A stretch of 64,000 nucleotides of DNA from Escherichia coli (GCF_048403405.1 NZ_CP183129.1); one strand, 5' to 3'. Shown: positions 27,219 through 38,507, counted from the first letter of the stretch. Notes: generated from the letters alone by a model not told the origin. Numbers and translations are program-made.

Positions 27219-28118
27219 TCACTCCATCATCTTCTCAATCGGCAGGACCAGGATTGAACTGGCACCCAGCGCTTTCAGTTTTTCCATGGTTTCCCAGAAC
27301 AGGGTTTCGCTGCTGACCATGTGCATCGCTACGCGCTGTTGATCACCCGCCAGCGGCAGAATAGTTGGGCGTTCGGCACCTGGCAGCAGGGCGATGACTT
27401 CATCCAGACGTTCGGTCGGTGCGTGCATCATGATGTATTTTGATTCGCGCGCCTGGATCACACCCTGAATACGGGTCAGCAGTTTGTCGATCAGTTGCTG
27501 TTTGGATTCTTCCATTTCGCCATCGCGTTGGATCAGGCAAGCTTTCGAGCGGTAGATAACTTCGACTTCGCGCAGGCCGTTTGCTTCCAGCGTGGCACCG
27601 GTGGAAACCAGATCGCAAATCGCATCCGCCAGTCCGGCACGCGGGGCGACTTCAACAGAACCGTTCAGTAAGCAGGATTTAAAAGAGATGCCTTTCTGGT
27701 CGAGATAACGCTTGAGCAGGTGAGGATAAGAGGTGGCGATACGTTTACCGTTTAAGGAGAGCGGGCCGTCCCAGGCTTCATCAACCGGCGTTGCCAGTGA
27801 AAGTCGGCAGCCGCCAAAATCCAGACGACGCAGGGTAAAGTAGCGCGGATCTTCACCCTGGGCGCGGCGGTTAAGCAGCTCTTCTTCCAGCACGTTTTCG
27901 CCGATAATCCCAAGGTCTACCACGCCATCCATTACCAGACCGGGAATGTCGTCGTCACGCACGCGCAGAATATCAATCGGCATGTTTTCTGCCATCGCGA
28001 TCAGGCGCTGGGTGTGAAGATTGATTTTAATGCCACAGCGCGCCAGCAATTCGCGTGAATCATCACTTAAACGGCCGGATTTCTGCATAGCTATGCGTAA
28101 ACGAGTGTTGTCTGTCAT
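27219..28118 (-). CDS. hisG: ATP phosphoribosyltransferase
   Basis: 299 aa from [17 protein letters not shown]; first structural gene of his operon. Confidence 0.95.
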
Positions 28119-28165
28119 TTTGTTATTCCTCTTTAAACCTGTCTGAACCGTTATCAACCGCGCAA

Positions 28166-28210
28166 TAAAAAAGCCCCCGGAAGGTGATCTTCCGGGGGCT
28201 TTCTCATGCG
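28166..28210 (-). terminator. his attenuator terminator hairpin
   Basis: Minus-strand hairpin agcccccggaagatcaccttccgggggc followed by T-run, between hisL and hisG. Confidence 0.65.
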
Positions 28211-28263
28211 TTCATGCACCACTGGAAGATCTGAATGTCTTCCAGCACACATCGCCTGAAAGA

Positions 28264-28314
28264 CTAGTCAGGATGATGGTGATGATGGTGGTGTTTAAAT
28301 TGAACGCGTGTCAT
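28264..28314 (-). CDS. hisL: his operon leader peptide (MTRVQFKHHHHHHHPD)
   Basis: 16-codon ORF with seven consecutive His codons upstream of attenuator hairpin. Confidence 0.85.
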   Translation of the reverse strand: MTRVQFKHHHHHHHPD

Positions 28315-28535
28315 AAAAGTCTCTGTGAATGTTTATTCAACTGATGTCTTTTAACCTAAACCACTTTCACGTTAGAAAGCAAGGGCTTTTTTATATATTT
28401 TATGGCAATGGATTTGTTTAATGAATGAGCGGGGAAAGGAGGGGGCCTGGAGTGACTACGTTAGAAAAGAAATCGTGAAAATATGTCTTTAAAACCCTCA
28501 AGAACATTGTGTTCTGTAACTAAAGTGGGCTTTGT

Positions 28536-28640
28536 TCCTGCCGGATGCGGCGTGAATGCCTTATCTGGTCTACAAATGTTGCGTAAATTCAATATATTGA
28601 TGTTTTTGTAGGACTGATAAGCGGAGCGCATCAGGCAATG
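28536..28640. repeat. REP/BIME-type palindromic elements
   Basis: gcctgccggatgcggcgtgaatgccttatctggtctaca and gtaggactgataagcggagcgcatcaggca in hisL-yeeZ intergenic region. Confidence 0.5.
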
Positions 28641-28740
28641 GTATATTTGCTAACCGTTTCGATTTCATTCATAGAATGAATTGTCAGTTTTGATACGCTA
28701 GCGTAGCCTTATAGATCTTAGGTGTATCAGGAGATAACGG

Positions 28741-29565
28741 ATGAAAAAGGTCGCAATTGTCGGGTTAGGGTGGTTAGGCATGCCGCTGGCGATGTCACTT
28801 TCAGCGCGAGGCTGGCAAGTCACCGGGAGTAAAACCACACAAGATGGTGTCGAAGCGGCCCGAATGAGTGGCATTGATAGCTATCTGCTTCGCATGGAGC
28901 CTGAGTTAGTTTGCGATTCTGACGATCTGGATGCCCTGATGGATGCCGATGCGCTGGTCATTACGCTTCCGGCACGTCGTAGCGGCCCCGGCGATGAGTT
29001 CTATTTACAAGCGGTACAAGAGTTAGTGGATAGCGCGCTGGCTCATCGTATTCCCCGCATTATTTTCACCAGCTCAACGTCTGTCTATGGCGACGCGCAA
29101 GGCACGGTGAAAGAAACTACCCCGCGTAATCCGGTAACCAACAGTGGAAGAGTATTAGAAGAACTCGAAGACTGGCTGCACAATTTACCCGGTACTTCGG
29201 TCGATATTCTGCGTCTTGCGGGCCTTGTCGGACCGGGACGTCATCCCGGACGCTTCTTTGCCGGAAAAACCGCGCCTGATGGTGAACATGGTGTTAATTT
29301 AGTCCATTTAGAAGATGTTATTGGCGCTATCACTCTGTTGTTACAGGCACCTAAAGGCGGACACATCTATAATATATGTGCGCCAGCTCACCCTGCGCGT
29401 AATGTTTTCTATCCGCAGATGGCCCGTTTACTGGGGCTGGAACCTCCGCAGTTCAGAAATAGTCTGGACAGCGGCAAAGGTAAGATTATTGATGGCAGTC
29501 GGATTTGTAATGAACTGGGGTTTGAATACCAGTATCCCGATCCGCTGGTAATGCCGCTGGAGTAA
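28741..29565 (+). CDS. yeeZ: NAD-dependent epimerase/dehydratase family protein YeeZ
   Basis: 274 aa; Rossmann N-terminus (KVAIVGLGWLG); synteny. Confidence 0.85.
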   Translation: MKKVAIVGLGWLGMPLAMSLSARGWQVTGSKTTQDGVEAARMSGIDSYLLRMEPELVCDSDDLDALMDADALVITLPARRSGPGDEFYLQAVQELVDSALAHRIPRIIFTSSTSVYGDAQGTVKETTPRNPVTNSGRVLEELEDWLHNLPGTSVDILRLAGLVGPGRHPGRFFAGKTAPDGEHGVNLVHLEDVIGAITLLLQAPKGGHIYNICAPAHPARNVFYPQMARLLGLEPPQFRNSLDSGKGKIIDGSRICNELGFEYQYPDPLVMPLE

Positions 29566-29610
29566 ACGATCACGCCAGCAGGACGCCGCATGCACTGCAA
29601 GGGGGCGTGT

Positions 29611-30465
29611 ATGAAACCACTGCTGGATGTGTTGATGATCCTCGATGCCTTAGAAAAAGAAGGCAGTTTTGCGGCGGCGTCGGCCAAACTCTACAAGACG
29701 CCGTCCGCTCTGAGTTACACCGTTCACAAGCTGGAAAGCGACCTTAATATTCAATTGCTTGATCGTAGCGGTCACCGCGCTAAATTCACCCGCACCGGAA
29801 AAATGTTATTAGAGAAAGGGCGGGAAGTTCTGCATACCGTGCGGGAACTGGAAAAGCAGGCGATCAAACTGCATGAAGGCTGGGAAAACGAGCTGGTGAT
29901 TGGCGTGGACGACACGTTTCCTTTTTCTCTGCTTGCGCCACTGATTGAAGCTTTTTATCAACATCATAGCGTGACGCGCCTGAAGTTTATCAATGGCGTA
30001 CTCGGTGGTTCCTGGGATGCCCTGACTCAGGGGCGAGCGGATATTATTGTTGGCGCGATGCATGAGCCACCATCTTCCAGTGAATTTGGTTTCTCGCGGT
30101 TGGGCGATCTGGAACAAGTCTTTGCGGTCGCGCCTCATCATCCGTTAGCCCAGGAAGAAGAGCCGTTAAACCGTCGTATCATTAAGCGATATCGGGCGAT
30201 TGTGGTGGGGGACACTGCGCAGGCAGGCGCTTCTACGGCCTCACAACTTCTCGACGAACAAGAAGCCATTACCGTTTTCGATTTTAAAACCAAGCTGGAG
30301 CTGCAAATTAGCGGCCTCGGCTGCGGCTATTTACCCCGTTATCTGGCGCAACGTTTTCTCGATAGTGGCGCGTTAATCGAGAAGAAAGTGGTCGCCCAAA
30401 CTCTCTTTGAACCCGTCTGGATTGGCTGGAATGAACAGACCGCAGGGCTTGCCAGCGGCTGGTGA
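29611..30465 (+). CDS. yeeY: LysR-family transcriptional regulator YeeY (possibly C-terminally shortened)
   Basis: ORF 29590..30465 trimmed to MKPLLDVLMILDALEKEGSFAAA; HTH then LysR substrate domain; frame continues 24 codons after a TGA. Confidence 0.8.
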   Translation: MKPLLDVLMILDALEKEGSFAAASAKLYKTPSALSYTVHKLESDLNIQLLDRSGHRAKFTRTGKMLLEKGREVLHTVRELEKQAIKLHEGWENELVIGVDDTFPFSLLAPLIEAFYQHHSVTRLKFINGVLGGSWDALTQGRADIIVGAMHEPPSSSEFGFSRLGDLEQVFAVAPHHPLAQEEEPLNRRIIKRYRAIVVGDTAQAGASTASQLLDEQEAITVFDFKTKLELQISGLGCGYLPRYLAQRFLDSGALIEKKVVAQTLFEPVWIGWNEQTAGLASGW

Positions 30466-30806
30466 CGGGATGAAATTTTAGCAAATAGTGCGATCGCCGG
30501 TGTTTATGCAAAATCTGATGACGGAAAATCAGCCATTTAAAGAAAAATTATTATGACAAGCCTCTCATTCTCTTGTCATTTCCCCCCCATTTAGGCACAA
30601 TGCGCCGCTGTCAAAAAATGACTAAAAACCGACGTTTCATCAGCGTCGGTTATTTTTTGCTTCAAACCAATCATTCATACCAAGAGGCCGGGCTTCGTAC
30701 CGGATAGATATTTACTAAAAATCGACAGTTGTTGTCGCTGAGGAATCCAAAAAAATGGGGCAATTTTTTGCTTACGCGACGGTTATCACCGTAAAGGAGA
30801 ATGACC

Positions 30807-32165
30807 ATGTCGCATAACGTTACTCCAAACACCTCTCGCGTGGAATTGCGTAAAACGCTTACGTTAGTTCCGGTTGTAATGATGGGTCTTGCCTATATGC
30901 AGCCGATGACGCTGTTTGATACTTTTGGTATCGTTTCAGGCCTCACGGATGGTCATGTGCCGACAGCCTATGCGTTCGCATTGATTGCGATCCTGTTTAC
31001 GGCTCTGAGCTACGGGAAGCTGGTCCGCCGCTATCCTTCTGCTGGCTCTGCATACACTTACGCCCAGAAATCCATTAGCCCGACTGTCGGCTTTATGGTG
31101 GGTTGGTCTTCTCTGCTCGACTATCTGTTCGCGCCGATGATCAACATTCTGCTGGCGAAAATCTATTTTGAAGCTCTGGTGCCTTCCATTCCATCGTGGA
31201 TGTTTGTGGTGGCGCTGGTGGCCTTTATGACCGCCTTTAACCTGCGTAGTCTGAAATCCGTAGCGAACTTCAACACTGTAATCGTCGTGTTGCAGGTAGT
31301 GCTGATCGCGGTGATCCTGGGCATGGTTGTTTATGGCGTATTTGAAGGTGAAGGAGCGGGTACGCTGGCGAGCACTCGTCCGTTCTGGTCTGGCGATGCG
31401 CATGTTATCCCGATGATTACCGGGGCGACAATCCTGTGCTTCTCCTTTACCGGCTTTGACGGCATCAGCAACCTGTCGGAAGAAACCAAAGATGCAGAGC
31501 GCGTGATCCCGCGTGCGATTTTCCTGACCGCGCTGATTGGCGGCATGATCTTCATCTTTGCAACTTACTTCCTGCAGCTGTACTTCCCGGATATCTCTCG
31601 CTTTAAAGATCCGGATGCGTCACAGCCTGAAATCATGCTGTACGTTGCGGGTAAAGCGTTCCAGGTTGGCGCGCTGATCTTCTCCACCATTACCGTACTG
31701 GCGTCCGGTATGGCGGCGCACGCAGGCGTTGCGCGTCTGATGTACGTAATGGGTCGTGACGGCGTGTTCCCGAAAAGCTTCTTCGGTTATGTACACCCGA
31801 AATGGCGTACTCCGGCGATGAATATCATCCTGGTTGGCGCGATTGCCCTGCTGGCAATCAACTTTGACCTGGTAATGGCAACGGCGCTGATTAACTTTGG
31901 TGCGTTGGTGGCGTTCACCTTCGTTAACCTGTCGGTCATCTCGCAGTTCTGGATCCGTGAGAAGCGTAACAAGACGCTGAAAGATCACTTCCAGTATCTG
32001 TTCCTGCCGATGTGTGGTGCGCTGACCGTTGGTGCGCTGTGGGTTAACCTGGAAGAAAGCTCAATGGTTCTGGGTCTGATCTGGGCTGCTATCGGCCTGA
32101 TTTACCTGGCATGCGTAACCAAGAGCTTCCGTAACCCGGTTCCGCAGTACGAAGACGTAGCATAA
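30807..32165 (+). CDS. plaP: Putrescine importer PlaP (APC family)
   Basis: 452 aa from [16 protein letters not shown]; 12-TM amino acid/polyamine transporter. Confidence 0.85.
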   Translation: MSHNVTPNTSRVELRKTLTLVPVVMMGLAYMQPMTLFDTFGIVSGLTDGHVPTAYAFALIAILFTALSYGKLVRRYPSAGSAYTYAQKSISPTVGFMVGWSSLLDYLFAPMINILLAKIYFEALVPSIPSWMFVVALVAFMTAFNLRSLKSVANFNTVIVVLQVVLIAVILGMVVYGVFEGEGAGTLASTRPFWSGDAHVIPMITGATILCFSFTGFDGISNLSEETKDAERVIPRAIFLTALIGGMIFIFATYFLQLYFPDISRFKDPDASQPEIMLYVAGKAFQVGALIFSTITVLASGMAAHAGVARLMYVMGRDGVFPKSFFGYVHPKWRTPAMNIILVGAIALLAINFDLVMATALINFGALVAFTFVNLSVISQFWIREKRNKTLKDHFQYLFLPMCGALTVGALWVNLEESSMVLGLIWAAIGLIYLACVTKSFRNPVPQYEDVA

Positions 32166-32184
32166 TCATCTTTTCTAATAATCA

Positions 32185-32221
32185 ACCGGAGTCGAATGAA
32201 TATTTGGCTCCGGTTTTTTTA
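32185..32221 (+). terminator. Rho-independent terminator after plaP
   Basis: ccggagtcgaatgaatatttggctccgg followed by T7. Confidence 0.45.
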
Positions 32222-32343
32222 TTCTTTTTTATCGAAATCCTCATTAATAACCATTTGTTCTAATTTAGAGAATTTGGTTATTGGTCTGCATTCCACCAGT
32301 CATGAATAATTTCCTTATTAACATTCATCTGGTTAATTAATTT

Positions 32344-33402
32344 ATGTTTTCAATGATATTAAGCGGGCTAATTTGTGGTGCTCTGCTGGGATTTGTCATG
32401 CAGCGTGGGCGTTTTTGCCTGACAGGTGGTTTTCGCGATATGTATGTCGCGAAAAATAATCGCATGTTTTACGCCTTGCTGATTGCAATTTCGGTACAAA
32501 GCGTGGGGGTTTTTGCGTTAATTCAGGCGGGCCTACTGACTTACGAAGCCGGGGCGTTCCCGTGGCTTGGTACTGTTATAGGTGGGTATCTTTTCGGGCT
32601 GGGAATTGTTCTGGCGGGTGGATGTGCCACCGGGACCTGGTATCGCGCGGGTGAGGGATTGATCGGCAGTTGGATCGCGCTTTTCACTTATATGGTGATG
32701 AGTGCGGTGATGCGTTCTCCACACGCCAGTGGTTTAAATCAAACCTTGCAGCACTACACTACTGAACATAACTCTATTGCTGATACTTTTAATTTGTCTG
32801 TGTGGCCGTTGGTTGCCGTTTTGCTGGTGATAACGCTCTGGGTGGTGATGAAAGAGTTGAAGAAGCCAAAACTCAAAGTCGCGACCTTACCGCCGCGCCG
32901 AACCGGGATCGCTCATATTCTGTTTGAAAAACGCTGGCATCCCTTTGTCACAGCTGTACTCATCGGTTTGATTGCGCTTTTAGCCTGGCCCCTGAGTGAA
33001 GCAACCGGACGTATGTTTGGGTTAGGCATCACTTCCCCAACGGCCAATATTCTGCAATTTCTGGTCGCGGGTGACGTGAAATACATTAACTGGGGCGTTT
33101 TCCTGGTGTTAGGGAGCTTCGTGGGGTCATTTATTGCCGCCAAAGCGAGCCGTGAGTTCCGCGTTCGCGCTGCTGATGCACAAACAACATTACGTAGCGG
33201 GTTAGGTGGTGTACTGATGGGCTTCGGTGCCAGCATTGCAGGTGGTTGCTCTATCGGTAATGGACTGGTCATGACTGCAATGATGACCTGGCAGGGCTGG
33301 ATTGGCCTTGTATTTATGATTCTCGGAGTCTGGACTGCGTCCTGGCTTGTGTATGTTCGACCGCAGCGTAAGGCGCGACTGGCAACTGCTGCGGCAAATT
33401 AA
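32344..33402 (+). CDS. yeeE: YeeE/YedE-family thiosulfate transporter
   Basis: 352-aa membrane protein with repeated GxxxCxxG-like segments; synteny with yeeD. Confidence 0.85.
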   Translation: MFSMILSGLICGALLGFVMQRGRFCLTGGFRDMYVAKNNRMFYALLIAISVQSVGVFALIQAGLLTYEAGAFPWLGTVIGGYLFGLGIVLAGGCATGTWYRAGEGLIGSWIALFTYMVMSAVMRSPHASGLNQTLQHYTTEHNSIADTFNLSVWPLVAVLLVITLWVVMKELKKPKLKVATLPPRRTGIAHILFEKRWHPFVTAVLIGLIALLAWPLSEATGRMFGLGITSPTANILQFLVAGDVKYINWGVFLVLGSFVGSFIAAKASREFRVRAADAQTTLRSGLGGVLMGFGASIAGGCSIGNGLVMTAMMTWQGWIGLVFMILGVWTASWLVYVRPQRKARLATAAAN

Positions 33403-33415
33403 GTAAGGTGTAAAG

Positions 33416-33643
33416 ATGGCGATTAAAAAGCTGGATGTGGTGACGCAGGTCTGTCCGTTTCCACTCATAGAAGCAAAAGCAGCACTGGCAGAAATGGCCA
33501 GCGGCGATGAGTTGGTAATTGAGTTTGATTGCACCCAGGCAACTGAAGCAATCCCACAGTGGGCGGCAGAAGAAGGACATGCCATCACCGATTATCAGCA
33601 GATTGGCGATGCAGCGTGGAGCATCACCGTTCAAAAAGCCTGA
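33416..33643 (+). CDS. yeeD: TusA-like sulfurtransferase YeeD
   Basis: 75 aa; TusA CPxP motif (QVCPFPLIEAK). Confidence 0.85.
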   Translation: MAIKKLDVVTQVCPFPLIEAKAALAEMASGDELVIEFDCTQATEAIPQWAAEEGHAITDYQQIGDAAWSITVQKA

Positions 33644-33651
33644 CTCAAAAT

Positions 33652-33681
33652 TGTCCTCCGCCGTACCAGCGGCGGAGGCTT
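33652..33681. terminator. Bidirectional hairpin between convergent yeeD and sbcB
   Basis: cctccgccg...cggcggagg palindrome. Confidence 0.45.
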
Positions 33682-33685
33682 CACA

Positions 33686-35113
33686 TTAGACAATCTCTTC
33701 CGCGTACTGCCAAAGCGCTTTTAACAGCGCCACTTTTTCTTTATCGTCGGCATACAGCTGCGCCAGCATCTGAATCTCTTCTGCATAGCCTTGTAAAAAC
33801 TCGGGTGTGAAGACCTGGCGGCGGTGCTCAAGCCAGCGTTGCTGCTCGTTGTCATCTAACGTGCCGGGGAAGTTGCGGGCGCGGTAGTTGAACAGGAGTT
33901 TCTCGATACGCTTATCAACAAAGGTGATATCCAGAGCCGGTAAATTACGCGGTTCAGTCTCCAGCACGATTTTCATTGCTGCACGATCGGCGTCGCTAAA
34001 AAAGCCATTATAAAGCTGTGCATCTACATTATCTGATGGTGTAAACGGTTCAGCTTCTGCAAAAATTGCCACAACTTTGTCGCGTACTTGCGGGTTTTCG
34101 CGCAACACTTTCAGGTTATCCAGGCAGTGTTGACGAGCAATCCCTAAACGCTCAGCGTCTTCCGGGCGTAGCGTATTCGCCTGGGCCAGTACCGGACATT
34201 TATTGATATGCACCAGCTTAACCGGAACGGCGGCGTTATCGCCAAGATCGGCTTTTGCGGTATATAAACGCTCGCGCAATGTGTCGCTATCCAGCTCCAG
34301 TAATGGTGAAATGTCTCCTGCCAAATCCACCATAATTACGGCATTGCGATTTTCAGGATGCCACGCCAGCGGTGCCACCCAGCTGGTATTGCCACGCCAT
34401 GCCCCAAACATTCCGGAAACGTGAACCAGGGGTTTCATCTGCGGAACATCAATCAACGCCATCAGTTTGTGTTTATTACGATGGGTAAAGAGATAATCAA
34501 ACAGGCGTGGCTGACGCGTTTTTACCAGTTTCGCCATCGCAATAGTGGCGTACACATCAGCCATCGCATCGTGGGCGTTGCTATGTTCAATACCATTCGC
34601 TTTGGTTAAATGCTCAAGGCGAAAGCTCGGTAGACCGTCATCATTTTCAGGCCAGTTTATTCCTTCCGGGCGCAGGGCATAACAGGCACGCATAACATCC
34701 AGTAAATCCCAGCGCGAGTTATCATGCTGCCAGCTCCAGGCGTAAGGATCGTAGAAATTACGATAAAAAACGTTGCGTGTGACTTCATCGTCGAAACGCA
34801 CATTGTTGTAGCCCAGAATACAGGTCTTCGGTACGGTAAAAAGCGAGTGAATACGGGCGGCAAACGCGGCTTCGTTTTCTCCTTTCGCCCGTGCTTCCTG
34901 CGGGGTAATACCGGTAATTAATACTGCTCCAGGCTGGGGTAAATAGTCATCCGCGGGCTTGCAGTAAAAGACTTCGGGTTCGCCGATGACATTGAATTCG
35001 TTATCAGTGCGAATGGCTGCGAACTGTGCAGGGCGATCTAACGCGGGGTGCGTTCCAAAGGTTTCGTAATCGTGAAACAAAAAGGTAGATTGTTGCTTAC
35101 CGTCATTCATCAT
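33686..35113 (-). CDS. sbcB: Exodeoxyribonuclease I
   Basis: 475 aa from MMNDGKQQSTFLFHDYETFG (DEDDh exonuclease motif). Confidence 0.9.
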   Translation of the reverse strand: MMNDGKQQSTFLFHDYETFGTHPALDRPAQFAAIRTDNEFNVIGEPEVFYCKPADDYLPQPGAVLITGITPQEARAKGENEAAFAARIHSLFTVPKTCILGYNNVRFDDEVTRNVFYRNFYDPYAWSWQHDNSRWDLLDVMRACYALRPEGINWPENDDGLPSFRLEHLTKANGIEHSNAHDAMADVYATIAMAKLVKTRQPRLFDYLFTHRNKHKLMALIDVPQMKPLVHVSGMFGAWRGNTSWVAPLAWHPENRNAVIMVDLAGDISPLLELDSDTLRERLYTAKADLGDNAAVPVKLVHINKCPVLAQANTLRPEDAERLGIARQHCLDNLKVLRENPQVRDKVVAIFAEAEPFTPSDNVDAQLYNGFFSDADRAAMKIVLETEPRNLPALDITFVDKRIEKLLFNYRARNFPGTLDDNEQQRWLEHRRQVFTPEFLQGYAEEIQMLAQLYADDKEKVALLKALWQYAEEIV

Positions 35114-35315
35114 TAGGTTAAATCCGTTATTTCTGCTGTCTGCCAGAGTATCAAATATCACCGTGCTAATCAGCTTTAGCGCGACAATTTGGCAGCGAGT
35201 GGCAACAGATCATGTCAGATAAAAATGAGATAGTAGTCACATTTTCTTGCACTTTATTCCAGCCAGTTCATAAGTATTTCCGTAAAAAGAACAGCTATTT
35301 GAAACACCTGAGGGT

Positions 35316-36488
35316 TTGCTGTTGAAACGCCGTCTTATTATTGCTGCTTCTTTGTTCGTTTTTAATTTATCGTCTGGTTTTGCGGCGGAAAACATTCCTT
35401 TTTCACCTCAGCCTCCAGAGATTCATGCCGGGTCCTGGGTATTGATGGATTACACCACCGGTCAGATTCTCACCGCGGGTAATGAGCATCAACAGCGCAA
35501 TCCCGCCAGCCTGACAAAGCTGATGACGGGCTATGTCGTGGATCGTGCTATCGATAGTCATCGCATTACGCCAGACGATATTGTCACCGTGGGGCGTGAT
35601 GCGTGGGCGAAAGATAATCCGGTGTTTGTCGGTTCTTCACTGATGTTTTTGAAAGAGGGCGATCGCGTATCGGTACGTGATTTAAGCCGTGGTTTAATTG
35701 TGGATTCCGGAAATGACGCTTGTGTTGCACTGGCTGACTATATTGCCGGTGGGCAACGGCAGTTTGTTGAAATGATGAACAACTATGCCGAGAAGCTGCA
35801 TCTCAAGGATACGCATTTTGAAACAGTGCATGGTCTGGATGCACCTGGCCAGCATAGCTCGGCTTATGATTTAGCTGTGCTTTCTCGCGCTATCATCCAC
35901 GGCGAGCCCGAGTTTTATCATATGTACAGTGAGAAAAGCCTCACCTGGAACGGTATCACCCAGCAAAACCGTAACGGGTTATTGTGGGATAAAACCATGA
36001 ATGTTGACGGCCTGAAAACGGGTCATACTTCTGGTGCCGGGTTTAATCTCATTGCTTCGGCTGTAGATGGGCAGCGTCGTCTCATTGCAGTGGTAATGGG
36101 GGCTGACAGCGCAAAAGGTCGTGAGGAAGAGGCAAGAAAATTACTGCGTTGGGGTCAACAAAACTTTACTACGGTGCAAATTTTGCACCGTGGGAAAAAG
36201 GTTGGTACGGAACGCATCTGGTATGGCGATAAAGAAAATATCGCCCTGGGAACGGAACAAGAGTTCTGGATGGTGCTACCGAAAGCCGAAATTCCACATA
36301 TCAAAGCCAAATATACCCTTGATGGTAAAGAACTCACCGCGCCAATTAGCGCCCATCAGCGGGTAGGGGAAATTGAACTTTACGACCGTGATAAACAGGT
36401 GGCGCACTGGCCGCTGGTTACCCTGGAATCTGTCGGGGAAGGCAGCATGTTTTCCCGGCTGAGTGATTATTTCCACCATAAGGCCTGA
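35316..36488 (+). CDS. dacD: D-alanyl-D-alanine carboxypeptidase DacD (PBP6b)
   Basis: Signal peptide; SxxK active site (NPASLTKLMT), SGN and KTG motifs. Confidence 0.9.
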   Translation: MLLKRRLIIAASLFVFNLSSGFAAENIPFSPQPPEIHAGSWVLMDYTTGQILTAGNEHQQRNPASLTKLMTGYVVDRAIDSHRITPDDIVTVGRDAWAKDNPVFVGSSLMFLKEGDRVSVRDLSRGLIVDSGNDACVALADYIAGGQRQFVEMMNNYAEKLHLKDTHFETVHGLDAPGQHSSAYDLAVLSRAIIHGEPEFYHMYSEKSLTWNGITQQNRNGLLWDKTMNVDGLKTGHTSGAGFNLIASAVDGQRRLIAVVMGADSAKGREEEARKLLRWGQQNFTTVQILHRGKKVGTERIWYGDKENIALGTEQEFWMVLPKAEIPHIKAKYTLDGKELTAPISAHQRVGEIELYDRDKQVAHWPLVTLESVGEGSMFSRLSDYFHHKA

Positions 36489-36606
36489 CCTTTCTTTTGC
36501 AGCAGACTGGCAGGAGTGCGAGTCTGCTCGCATAATCAACACTCATTCCTTGTGGTTTTAATATTGCAACTATACTGTATATAAAAACAGTATTAATGGG
36601 GGCGTC

Positions 36607-37080
36607 ATGAACTACGAGATTAAGCAGGAAGATAAACGTACCGTTGCAGGTTTCCATCTCGTTGGCCCGTGGGAACAGACGGTAAAGAAAGGCTTTGAGC
36701 AGTTGATGATGTGGATAGATAGCAAAAATATTGTGCCGAAGGAGTGGGTTGCTGTCTATTACGACAATCCAGATGAAACACCCGCCGAAAAATTACGCTG
36801 CGACACCGTCGTGACGGTGCCGAATAACTTTACGCTCCCCGAAAACAGTGAGGGCGTCATTCTGACAGAAATTTCAGGTGGTCAGTATGCGGTGGCGGTG
36901 GCTCGTGTAGTCGGTGATGATTTTGCTAAACCCTGGTATCAGTTCTTTAATAGCCTCTTGCAGGACAGTGCCTATGAAATGTTACCAAAGCCCTGCTTCG
37001 AGGTTTACTTGAACAATGGCGCGGAAGATGGGTACTGGGATATCGAAATGTATGTTGCGGTGCAGCCAAAACATCACTAA
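36607..37080 (+). CDS. sbmC: DNA gyrase inhibitor SbmC (GyrI)
   Basis: 157 aa; recalled SbmC sequence ([25 protein letters not shown]). Confidence 0.9.
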   Translation: MNYEIKQEDKRTVAGFHLVGPWEQTVKKGFEQLMMWIDSKNIVPKEWVAVYYDNPDETPAEKLRCDTVVTVPNNFTLPENSEGVILTEISGGQYAVAVARVVGDDFAKPWYQFFNSLLQDSAYEMLPKPCFEVYLNNGAEDGYWDIEMYVAVQPKHH

Positions 37081-37277
37081 TTCATCTCAGGGCGGTGTGT
37101 TGACGCGAAGACCACTCTTTTTTTGAAAGCGAAAAGAGTAAGATGCGCCTTTCAAATTTTTCGCTCCTGCCGGGAAATTACACTGTTCCCGGTATGTCCG
37201 TCGGATAACTCAGAGGCGCGCCTTCTGGCCGACAGATGTGTTATGAGCGCTTTTAATCTTCATTACGGAGTTTCTGC

Positions 37278-38336
37278 GTGCGTGCCGATAAGTCATTAAG
37301 CCCGTTTGAAATCCGGGTATACCGCCATTACCGCATTGTGCATGGTACTCGGGTCGCGCTGGCATTCCTGCTCACTTTTCTCATTATCCGCCTGTTTACT
37401 ATCCCGGAAAGCACCTGGCCGCTGGTCACCATGGTGGTGATTATGGGGCCAATCTCGTTCTGGGGGAACGTTGTCCCTCGTGCCTTCGAACGTATTGGCG
37501 GTACGGTGTTGGGTTCGATTTTAGGTCTTATCGCTCTGCAACTGGAGTTAATTTCGTTACCGCTGATGTTAGTCTGGTGCGCGGCGGCGATGTTTCTTTG
37601 CGGTTGGCTGGCGCTGGGCAAGAAACCGTATCAAGGATTATTGATTGGGGTGACGCTGGCAATTGTTGTGGGTTCCCCGACAGGTGAAATTGATACGGCG
37701 TTATGGCGAAGCGGCGATGTGATCCTCGGCTCTTTACTGGCAATGTTGTTTACCGGTATCTGGCCACAACGGGCGTTCATCCACTGGCGCATTCAACTGG
37801 CGAAAAGTCTGACCGAGTATAATCGGGTCTATCAATCTGCATTCTCACCGAACTTACTCGAACGCCCACGTCTGGAAAGCCATCTACAAAAACTGCTGAC
37901 CGATGCCGTGAAAATGCGTGGGCTGATTGCGCCCGCCAGCAAAGAAACCCGTATTCCAAAATCGATATATGAAGGTATCCAGACCATTAACCGCAATCTG
38001 GTTTGTATGCTGGAGTTGCAAATCAATGCATACTGGGCCACGCGCCCCAGCCATTTCGTGTTATTGAACGCGCAAAAACTTCGTGATACCCAGCACATGA
38101 TGCAGCAAATACTGCTGAGCCTTGTTCATGCGCTGTACGAAGGTAATCCGCAGCCGGTTTTTGCCAATACGGAAAAATTGAACGATGCTGTGGAAGAGCT
38201 GCGTCTGTTGCTTAATAACCACCATGACCTGAAGGTTGTGGAAACACCAATCTATGGTTATGTGTGGCTGAACATGGAAACGGCGCATCAGCTTGAGTTG
38301 CTATCGAATCTGATTTGCCGGGCCTTGCGCAAATAA
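37278..38336 (+). CDS. yeeA: FUSC-family inner membrane protein YeeA
   Basis: 352 aa; N-terminal TM helices; synteny. Confidence 0.85.
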   Translation: MRADKSLSPFEIRVYRHYRIVHGTRVALAFLLTFLIIRLFTIPESTWPLVTMVVIMGPISFWGNVVPRAFERIGGTVLGSILGLIALQLELISLPLMLVWCAAAMFLCGWLALGKKPYQGLLIGVTLAIVVGSPTGEIDTALWRSGDVILGSLLAMLFTGIWPQRAFIHWRIQLAKSLTEYNRVYQSAFSPNLLERPRLESHLQKLLTDAVKMRGLIAPASKETRIPKSIYEGIQTINRNLVCMLELQINAYWATRPSHFVLLNAQKLRDTQHMMQQILLSLVHALYEGNPQPVFANTEKLNDAVEELRLLLNNHHDLKVVETPIYGYVWLNMETAHQLELLSNLICRALRK

Positions 38337-38507
38337 TTCCTGAACTTCAGAATCATCTTGCTGCTGCTTCGATTCAGCAAGGATAAAGGGTATGATAGTG
38401 AAAAGGGATAAAAGCATTGTCATCTGCGGCAGCTATGAGTAATGTTGGCCCTATCGAATAGCGGTTGCTTAAACGAATCCGACTCTCACATTATCAGGGG
38501 TATAAAA

